Shown: piece by piece, positions 1-8,540 of the stretch | How positions within the stretch are numbered: the stretch's first letter is position 1 | Layout of the letters: each line of letters begins with the position of its first letter | Assembly (NCBI GenBank): GCA_905251635.1 | Contig: CAJNOT010001046.1 | Location: forward strand, 33,679-53,864 | Source: Rotaria sordida | Taxonomy: Eukaryota | Reading direction: 5' to 3' | DNA length: 20,186 bases | Notes under the pieces: model-generated | What the model saw: the letters and a program-made list of their open reading frames with translations, nothing else | Database searches by the model: none | What the model was told of the DNA's origin: nothing | Translations under genes and position numbers: made by a program

Positions 1-53
1 GGTATGATTTAGCTTTTCAAAATTCAGTTTTTTTTTTAAATATTTATTTCTAG

Positions 54-307
54 ATGAATATAATAATGAAAATGTTCCATCAATAAATGTTCGTATTGAT
101 TTTCCTAAAAGTGAATTATTACCACCACCAATTATTACTTTACGTATTCAAGATCGTTCATTAAAAATTACTAGTCATGCTATTGATGTAATTTCAAAAA
201 ATCTTGAAGAAATATTTACAAATGAAGAAAAAATCCTTAGAGAAAATCAACCACTTAAACTTCCTTCACTTGATATTCATTTAAACAACGTACAATTAAC
301 AGTTGAA
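54..307 (+). CDS. Internal or terminal coding exon of a large protein, possibly a bridge-like lipid-transfer (VPS13/UHRF1BP1-type) protein
   Basis: Open frame DEYNNENVPSINVRIDFPKSELLPPPIITLRIQDRSLKITSHAIDVISKNLEEIFTNEEKILRENQPLKLPSLDIHLNNVQLTVE. A 52-nt intron (2..53, gtatga...ttctag) precedes it. The exon ends either at stop TGA 311-313 or, more probably, at donor GTATGA at 308. Family assignment rests only on the alternating beta-strand/loop style. Confidence 0.45.
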
Positions 308-357
308 GTATGAATATTGCTTTGTTTTTATGGGTGCGTGAGCTTTCGTCTCACCTC

Positions 358-393
358 TTCCGAACATCCGGATATGTGACCGGATGTTCGGAA
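358..393. repeat. Perfect 14-bp inverted repeat with 8-nt loop
   Basis: TTCCGAACATCCGG (358-371) / CCGGATGTTCGGAA (380-393). Confidence 0.85.
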
Positions 394-645
394 TTAACTT
401 TTTTTCATGTCCGGAGTTCGTAAAGAGTCGTGTCCAGGAGATCGTAATAGAATACAGGGAGATCGGAATGATTTTACATGATGTTCGGAATACAGTTTTT
501 CTTGTATATCTGATATAACACCGGGAGATCGTGATGAACAATATCAGATGTTCGAAATAATGCATTTTATAAAAAAAACAACCGGATGATCGGAATAACA
601 TTGACAGGAACATCGTAAAAAAGATACACTGGGAGATCGTAACGG
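380..645. repeat. Interspersed degenerate ~15-bp motif (CCGGGAGATCGGAAT-like)
   Basis: Copies include ccggatgttcggaat (380), ccggagttcgtaaa (411), ccaggagatcgtaat (434), cagggagatcggaat (455), catgatgttcggaat (477), ccgggagatcgtgat (521), cagatgttcgaaat (545), ccggatgatcggaat (582) and tgggagatcgtaac (629). Confidence 0.55.
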
Positions 646-1172
646 ATATAAAGACTTTTATTTCTGTTTTTCTATACAAGAATAGCGTTCATTTACTTAG
701 CACATTCATAATTATATTGGGAGACATTTTTCTTTCTCTATCGTTGTTCTCTATACTTTAGTAACTATAAAAGTTGTTTCTAACTGTGGTCTCTTAATGT
801 TTTCATAATATTGATAGATGACGGTGGCTTCTGTACAAATGAAACACTACAGTACCCGGCATAAGTGGCCGCGACCTCTTTTTCTTGTCCAACAATGACT
901 TTTATTTCATCTTTTTGCTTTGTTTGGACGGGCTAGTCGGGCTCATCATCCGGTATAAATAGGAACATTTGTATTCATTCTGTTATCAATTTATAACTCA
1001 ATAGAAAATGAACCTTTTTTTAAAGAAAAGACGAGAAATTACTTTTCCATAAAGGCAGCGCTATTCCCCACATATATTGAATGGTGATATTTCACAGTAT
1101 CTATACGAATCAGTAAGTAATTGTAAAATGTAGGCTTAGAAGGTATGAAATAGCTGGTGACGTATAAGTTGC

Positions 1173-1424
1173 ACAAAAATCCGATCTATACCGGAAAAAC
1201 AATACGCAACAATTCAATCCATGGTAGCTCAACATTCAATCGAATCTGTCGGTCAAATTGCGTTTAGATTATTACAGAAAGATATAAAAATTAGTAAAAC
1301 CACATTAAGAAGAAGATTTAAAGAGACCGGTGTACATTCAATGAGACCGACCTCGAAACCATTGCTAACAAGTGACGATATTTTAAAAAAGACCCCAGCA
1401 GGATATAAAACTGAAAGACTGTAA
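1173..1424 (+). pseudogene. Truncated Tc1/mariner-like transposase, N-terminal HTH region
   Basis: Frame TKIRSIPEKQYATIQSMVAQHSIESVGQIAFRLLQKDIKISKTTLRRRFKETGVHSMRPTSKPLLTSDDILKK resembles the 'vSrsTVrRrLkeaGlksrRPrkKPlLT' signature. No DDE/D catalytic domain follows. Confidence 0.6.
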
Positions 1425-1531
1425 CCCAAGTGAAAATATCTGGGCATTAGTGAAGCTCAGAATAAAAAAAGAACCGTATATATCGATCAGTGATTTCATT
1501 GGTCAGTATGCTCTTCGCCGAAAGCCACATC

Positions 1532-1574
1532 GTCGAAATGCAGATCGCCGAACTTCGGCGAACTGCATTTCGAC
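1532..1574. repeat. Near-perfect 21-bp inverted repeat (20/21 pairs, 1-nt spacer)
   Basis: GTCGAAATGCAGATCGCCGAA / c / TTCGGCGAACTGCATTTCGAC. A further copy of the arm (TTCGGCGATCTGCATTTCGAT) lies at 2329-2349, on the other side of the satellite. Confidence 0.85.
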
Positions 1575-1739
1575 AAAGTCCCATTTCGGCAATGTGACTA
1601 TCGACTATCTGTATTTTCGGCGGTGTCACTGTCGGCGATGTTACTGTCGGCGATATGGCGATCGGCAATTTTTATGCCAATGATTGAATCGAGCAGTTAA
1701 TAACTAACTCAATTGAGTGATACAATAAGTTAGAAATCA

Positions 1740-2305
1740 AGTTAGGAATCAAGTTAGAGATCAAGTTAGTTACTGACTTGATTAAGTTAGGGATCAAGGT
1801 AGTTACTAACTTGATCAAGTTAGGGATCAAGTTAGTTACTGACGTGCTCAAGTTAGTTACTGACTTGCTCAAGTTAGTTACTGACTTGCTCAAGTTAGTT
1901 ACTGACTTGATCAAGTCACTTACTACTTTAATCAAGTTAGTTACTGACTTGATCAAGTTAGTTACTGACTTGCTCAAGTTAGTTACTGACTTGATCAAGT
2001 TAGTTACTGACTTGATCAAGTTAGTAACTGACTTGATCAAGGTAGTTACTGACTCGATCAAGGTAGTTACTGACTTGATCAAGTTAGTGATCAAGTTAAT
2101 TACAAACTTGTTCAAGTGAGGGTTCCAGATAGTTACTAACTTGCTTAAGTTAGGAATCAAGTCAGTTAATACCTTGATTAAGTTAGGAATCAAGTTAGTT
2201 ACTAACTTGATCAAGTTAGGAACCAAGTTGACCATGTCAGCTACTAGCTTTACTTAGGAACCACGTTAAATTAGTCACTAACTTGATTCAGTGCTAACTT
2301 TAATA
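1740..2305. repeat. 21-bp tandem satellite (GTTACTGACTTGATCAAGTTA), degenerate at both edges
   Basis: Contiguous copies alternate GTTACTGACTTGATCAAGTTA and GTTACTGACTTGCTCAAGTTA, densest at ~1765-2110. The unit contains the palindrome ACTTGATCAAGT. Confidence 0.95.
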
Positions 2306-2760
2306 AGCTAGTAGATGATCGAAATGAATTCGGCGATCTGCATTTCGATGAAGCTCTTATCGACAATCTGTATTTCGGTGATGTTGATTTCGGCGATCTT
2401 TCTTTTCGATAATGTTTGTTTCGGCGCGAGTTTCGGCGATGTTATTTTTCGGCGATATTGCTTTCGGCGATGAGGCATACAACCTTCAAACTTACTCTTG
2501 ATCACAATATCAACGTCTGATTTTTGTTTTAGACTTAAGGAGGTCCCCTTAGAAACAAACTTTTTAATTTCTTCACAGAATTCAACTAAAATTTCAGAGA
2601 ATGTTAGTCCTGGTTAGAGTAGATTATGGTTAAAATATCTCCTCAAATCTGCAAGTTATTCACGAGTTATAAGCAGTTTATTGGTCAAAAGTATTCTGTA
2701 TGAGGGCGAGGTTTTCACAATCAGGATAGAGCCAACATGCCGGGACGATTTTTAAGTTGT

Positions 2761-2960
2761 AGAGCATCCTTAGTGCTAGGTCATTACAGAGCCCGATTTT
2801 TAAAATTCCCTTTGTTAGTTGTTTAAAAAATCTTTTTCGAAAAATTCTCAAATTCATGGCCAAAAAATGGCTAATAAAAATAACATATGTAAGGTTTTTA
2901 TTCGCCAATAGAGAAATCCAATAATCGAGCCCTGTCACGACCTAGCCCTAACTGTTCTCT
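2761..2960. repeat. Imperfect inverted repeat (~35-bp arms, ~130-nt spacer)
   Basis: agagcatccttagtgctaggtcattacagagcccg (2761-2795) versus the reverse complement of 2926-2960, agagaacagttagggctaggtcgtgacagggctcg. Confidence 0.55.
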
Positions 2961-3027
2961 ATGCAGCAAAAAAAAATTATCAGTTCTATATTGAGTTGTT
3001 ATTGAGTAAGATTTGCCCGTGCAAACA

Positions 3028-3091
3028 GGGTGTCGGTGGGTGTGGATGGATGTTGGTATAGGTGTGGATGTGGATATGGAGTGTGGATATG
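3028..3091 (+). repeat. Degenerate GTGTGGAT/GTGTGGG-rich tract
   Basis: gggtgtcggtgggtgtggatggatgttggtataggtgtggatgtggatatggagtgtggatatg. Confidence 0.65.
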
Positions 3092-5811
3092 ACCCGTATA
3101 TAGATCAACTACCATACCCACATCCTTAATTAAATTCTTTCGAAGCAGAGTATAATAGGTACACATGAAATGATATCTGTTACGAAAATGAGGTCTTTTT
3201 TCTCCTACAAACTTCTTTTTAAGTATCTCAACCGTCATCATTTTAATATTATACACTGAATGATTTCGATGGTATTTTTATAAGATTCGTTTTAAAATAT
3301 TCGAAAAATATTCAATTTTAAAGTTGTGTCGAACAAGCTGTATAAAGTTCTGTTTTAATTATTTTTTCTCTCTTGTTTGCGCGATTGTTAAATGACTCGA
3401 AATGAACATACGATGAATATATTTTCATAAAAAAATAATGAATTGTTAGTTAAACGAAAAGTTTCGTTCAGAAATGCTACTCGGAGAAAATAAGATTGAC
3501 ACACTACTCACTGTTAATATTTTTGTTGCAGCTTTCAATTGTTGTATTTCATCAAAAAGGAGGTAATAGAATTTACGTATGGATAAATTTTTTCGTTCTC
3601 TTTTTTCATCTTATTTTCATAGATTGTAAAACTCATTTGGAATGTTGACACTTCACTCTCTGCATTGTAACTGTTGATGTTCTTATGCAGCCAACATAGC
3701 AACATGAAAAAGAAAAAAGGTAACCAGCTGTAAAAGGTAATGGAAAAAGAGAAAAAAAAATGTTTATTTGACTAATAAAAACATCTGAATGTTCGATCAT
3801 GTTTTTATAAGGACTAAGTTTGCATTATATAAATAATAAATCATTCTTATCAAATTAATTTAACAGTGAAATAATTTAACCTATGTCTGATTGCTATCAA
3901 ATAATGCTTTCTAATAATTGTCGTTGTTGAACTGTTCGAAAAATAAACTATTAAGTATTGAACCAAATTCAGACATAGATTGAATTGAAATATATCATTC
4001 ATATTCTGTCACAAACTATTTGTTTGTTATTTATTTACTGTTTTATGTCGCACATTGGATACTTATAGGAAACATCAATTATTATATTACGCTTATATTT
4101 TCAAACATCGGTTTTGTTCTCGATCATTTGACGTTCAAGTTTAAATCTCACAGTCTCACGCATGAGGAATAAATAAAAATAATAATAAATTCAAGTAAAC
4201 TTAAGAACAGTCATTATTCATTTTCTCATGAAAAAGTATAAAAACAGTAAATACTATAACCGAGTCAGATTATCTTCAATGTGCATTTCCTCTAATACAT
4301 GGAGAGAAACTTCATATTACACAAAGTACAGCACATGTAGTGGCGTATTTTTTTAATATATTACCGATGAAAATACCCAAATAATATTGTATCAAAGAGC
4401 ACCTATGCTGTTCTTCGAAAAAGAAAAAACAATTACTTGTTTGTTGTTTACTACCGTTATAAAACAAATTTTACTTTTTTTTTCTTCCAACCTATATGCA
4501 AATCATCAATTTTATTTACTTTGTTGCTCTATTTTTTTAAGGGATCACTAGGGAAACAGAATTTGATTCTTATTTACTCTCTGCACAACATAACAAAGAT
4601 GAGAAAAAAGGTACATTTTTCATTGAGAAAAGAAAAATATCATCTAGTCAACATCAACCACTATTTTTATTACATGATTTATTCTTAAGAATGTGAATTA
4701 ATGATATGGAAATGACAATTGCTTCATTTTATAATTTATAACAAACAAATTTTTCATGATAATTTACGATTTAACTCAAACATTTGTCGACTTAAAAAAG
4801 TTCTTTAATGAAAGAAGAAAATAACTTATCCTCCTATTCAAATAAAACGTATGAAATTCTCTATAAAATAATATTAGCAAAAACTCCAATGTTATCACGA
4901 TATGATTCAAAACTTAGTTTTTAATTTATTAATAAAATATTTGACTTAGTAATCTGACTTACATCTAAATTATATTGCAAAACCAAAAAAGCATTTACAT
5001 CGAACAACTAATATTAAGTTGTTTCTTTCGCTGGTTTTATGAGAACATATGTTAACTATAAAAAAAACTTATTAGTTCTTTTGATGCAAAAAATTCAATT
5101 ATGATAAAAAACAATCATTTTTTATTTCATTTTTTCTTTTATAAATAGAAATTTTATATTTTTTTCAATCTTTTGGTTACGGATTTGTATATATATATGG
5201 GCTGAACTTTTATTCGAAATTATAATTTCTACAAGCTTTTATCTTTCTTAAGTCATGAAGTGATCTCTCTTTCTTCTATGCTTTTAATATCATAACATCT
5301 TTATATGATATCTCTGTATATACACATGTTGTCAAAATCGGCTCAGTCTTGATGATTGAACAACGATTTTTGATAAATTGCGATTGATCGATGATTATTT
5401 GGGCAGGTGTAAATCATTGGCAACTTTACAACAAACCTCAATAGTTAGTATTTATTTGTTTATGTATGTTTTTTCTTTTACTTAGGTTAATCTCGATAAC
5501 ACAATGAACAGTATGTATTTATTTAGAAAAAAAACATTGTTTTTTGTTATTTAGATCGATCTCAAGATCAAAATAAACAATAAGTATTATTGTATACAGA
5601 AAAACTTTTTTTTTTTTTATTATATACGACAGATGAGGGAAGACAAAATCATCTGTCTCCTTACTTATGAGAAACTTTTGTAGATACGATGATGATAGAC
5701 AGTCATATAACTCGTTAAGACATATTCGTAGTCTTTTAGCGGAGAATTAAGACTAAGTTCGCTCATCGTAAATATCACATGAAAAATCACGATTTTCTAT
5801 AAAAGTGGAAA

Positions 5812-5840
5812 AAATCACTTTTTTCAAAAAAAGTGATTTA
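5812..5840. repeat. Hairpin-forming inverted repeat (13-bp stem)
   Basis: AAATCACTTTTTT caa AAAAAAGTGATTT. Confidence 0.75.
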
Positions 5841-6286
5841 ATCACGACATAATCTCACGATTAATCGCTCTAACAAATCATCGATTTTTATCACATGAAT
5901 ATTTATCAAGTAGATAACAAGCAAATTGTGGATTTAAAAGTCTATGAGAAATCATAGGCTGCCCATGCTCAAAATCTTGTGAAACCAAATTAAAATTATG
6001 TAGAATTCTAAAATCATAATTACTCTAGAAACTTATGATTACTGTTGAAACTCTAATCTTATAAAAGATCAGACGTTTAATTGTATTAGCTCTATACTAT
6101 GGTACAGAAGCACAAGATTATTTATGGAGCTACGGAAAGTGTGTGGATGAAGATCATTGATACCCTCTATAATTGAATTAAAGTTATCAACAAAAAAAAG
6201 AATTACGAAAAATCGAAAAACTAAAGTAGTTATTAATAATATTAGAATAATTCTAAATTTTATTTAAATGATTAAAATAAAACAAA

Positions 6287-6310
6287 AAGAAAGAAAGAAA
6301 GAAAGAAAAA
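6287..6310. repeat. (AAAG)n microsatellite
   Basis: aaagaaagaaagaaagaaagaaaaaa. Confidence 0.85.
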
Positions 6311-6356
6311 AAAATTATTAAAGAACTTCACTAGAATTATTATTTGATTGATTAAT

Positions 6357-8124
6357 TCATGTTGTTTGTATTTGTATTTCATCATTACATGGTAAATAAA
6401 TTAATTCATTTGTATTTCTATAAATATTATCTTCTGAAATTAAATATGAATTTAATAAATCATTATTTATTGTTGATGAACAAATTCTATTTGATATCAT
6501 ATCATTTGCCATCATATCAATAAAACGTAAAACAAATTGTGCTTTCATATATTTAATATTTTTTTCATTTGTTAAATTATGAGTATATATATTTGATCCT
6601 TCTGTATAAGTTCGTGCTTCTTTTTCTTGATCACATTCAAGTTCAAATAAACGTAATATTCTTTCAATAACTGTATCATTTGATAAATGAAATATATTTT
6701 CATTTGTATCTGAATTTGATGATAAAAAAATTAATGATCCACCACCAATTTGTTCATCATCAAAAGCTAATATAAGTAAAATCATAATAAGACGCCATCG
6801 TTCATTATGTGCAAATATCCATGCTTGTGGTTCTTTACACCATGATGATAAATTTCGATCATTTTCACCTGTTATTAAAAATTTTATAGTTGATTCATGT
6901 CGTTTTAAACGTGCAAGAAATGTTTCTGGTATACGTTCATTTTCATTCATAACAATATCAGCTAAACGATGACAAAATTGAAATATAATTGATGAATGAG
7001 TATTTGTTGTTGATTGTTGATCGTATTCTTCAAATGATTGGTAACATTCAAGTAATTTTAACATTAATTGAAAATCATTATAATTTGGTTCAAGTTTAAC
7101 ACTTGATATTAATGATGATGAACGAAAAATTTTTGGTGGTTTACCAAAACGAATCTTATCTAAAGCCATACCTTTAAAATTAAAAAATAATTATTAATTT
7201 ATATATATATATATATATATTAATTAATTTTTTTTTCTTACCAACACATTTACATTTATCAAAACGACATGCTGCACAATTATTACGATTATTTTTATTT
7301 ATACAACATCTTATAGGACATGGCTCAAGAATAGTTGATTTTTTTGAATAGCGACGAAAAAATCCTTTACATGCTTCACATGTAAATACACCAAAATGAT
7401 ATCCCGAACTAATATCATCACATACTCGACAAAGTTCAGATTCATATTGTGATTCTATATAAAGAAAGAAAAAAAAATATGAATCTCTATCAATTGAAAT
7501 AATCTTTAATGAAAAGAATGTGAATGATATTTCAGAGAAAAAAAAGAACAAATGATCTTACTCATTGTTTCATCTTGAAATTTTCTCTTTTTACTTGATT
7601 GAACTATTGATATGGATGATTTTTGTTGAGGATGATTTATTTCAATTTCTTGTTCATTACTATTTCCATACAATTCACCTATATGTCTGGAAAAATTAAT
7701 ATCAATTGAATCATTAACTGTATTATTATTATTATTATTATGATTTTGATATTGATTTTGATAAGCAGCTGCTACTGCAACATTTAAATAAGTTGTATCA
7801 TAATTTGGATAGGATATTACATCTGTATGAGTAAGTTGAGATGTCGATGATGAAAATGGATGTTGATAAGATGATAAATAAACATTTGATGATGACGATG
7901 ATGTTAAATGAGAATGTGTTGTTTGTTGACGAAATGGATAAGAATTTGTATTATATGATGAATAAGGTAATGAATCAAGATAATAAGAATCATTAAAACG
8001 AAAAGATGATTCACTCATATGACTATTATCAAATGTCTATTGTAATCAAACAAAAAAGAAAAATGAAAAATAAAATTTAATCAAAATTACATACTGTTGA
8101 TAAATTATATTGATCACTATACAT
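6357..8124 (-). CDS. Nuclear receptor family transcription factor, 4 exons: complement(join(6357..7171,7242..7454,7562..8036,8095..8124))
   Basis: The DBD reads CRVCDDISSGYHFGVFTCEACKGFFRRYSKKSTILEPCPIRCCINKNNRNNCAACRFDKCKCVG|MALDKIRFGKPPKIF. All three introns (58, 107 and 70 nt) are GT..AG: donors gtatgt, gtaaga, gtaaga; acceptors acaatag, atatag, ttaaag. The joined frame is continuous (1533 nt, 510 aa). The first exon MYSDQYNLST is the least certain. Confidence 0.85.
7200..7220. repeat. (AT)n microsatellite in the last intron of the nuclear receptor gene
   Basis: tatatatatatatatatatat. Confidence 0.9.
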
Positions 8125-8514
8125 ATTTTATTAAAAAGAAATAATTCATTACAATTCTTTTTTGTTATCTAAAAAAGAAAAAAGCAAATGTGTTATTCGT
8201 CATGAAACTATGTCAAGTTTATATGATGATAAAACAGGCAAGAGAGCGAGAAGATTTCCCTTTTTTTTTGCATCACACAAACATCGTTCTCGGATAAATC
8301 AATCATTTTGATATTGAAAGAAATCTACTAACATTGTACATCGACTCGATCGATCTCCATTGCATCTATACATATAGTTCGATATTCTAGTTATGTTATT
8401 CAATGACATAGAGATGTAATCACTATTTCTCTTTTTCTTTTCTATATGTCCTCTGATCTAAATATTGGATAAAAAAACAAAATATCTCACAAAAATTGCT
8501 ATGAGCCGGTACGA

Positions 8515-8540
8515 ATATATATATATATATATATATATAT
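8515..8540. repeat. (AT)n microsatellite
   Basis: atatatatatatatatatatatatat. Confidence 0.9.

Larger units (their letters stand above)
1506..2480. mobile_element. Non-autonomous element with imperfect terminal inverted repeats, subterminal TTCGGCGAT repeats and internal satellite
   Basis: Left end GTATGCTCTTCGCCGAAAG matches right end CTTTCGGCGATGAGGCATAC in inverted orientation. Both ends are followed inward by many TTTCGGCGAT-type motifs. No transposase ORF and no clear target-site duplication. Confidence 0.5.

Noticed and set aside
296-679. 127-aa minus ORF
   Set aside because: It overlaps the degenerate motif-repeat block, has no domain-like pattern or splice context, and is rich in Ile/Phe/Ser as expected from translated repeats.
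954-961. TATAAATA on the plus strand as a promoter
   Set aside because: No supported coding exon lies within a plausible distance downstream. The nearest frame is the decayed transposase fragment.
1762-2120. CRISPR-like array
   Set aside because: Repeats are contiguous 21-mers with no unique spacers, and there are no cas genes nearby. It is a satellite.
1672-2235. 187-aa minus ORF (SVTNLIK)n and 113-aa plus ORF (LVTDLIK)n as a coiled-coil protein gene
   Set aside because: Both frames arise because the 21-bp satellite is a multiple of 3 and partly palindromic. There are no flanking exons, recognisable domain or promoter. Kept only as a structural observation.
2678-3256. 85-86 aa minus ORFs as genes
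   Set aside because: They span the inverted repeat and GTGTGGAT tract. Their composition (YTGHIHTPYPHPHLYQHP) reflects translated repeat sequence.
4437-4688. 83-aa plus ORF
   Set aside because: Low-complexity Phe/Leu/Tyr-rich frame in AT-rich intergenic DNA, with no recognisable domain.
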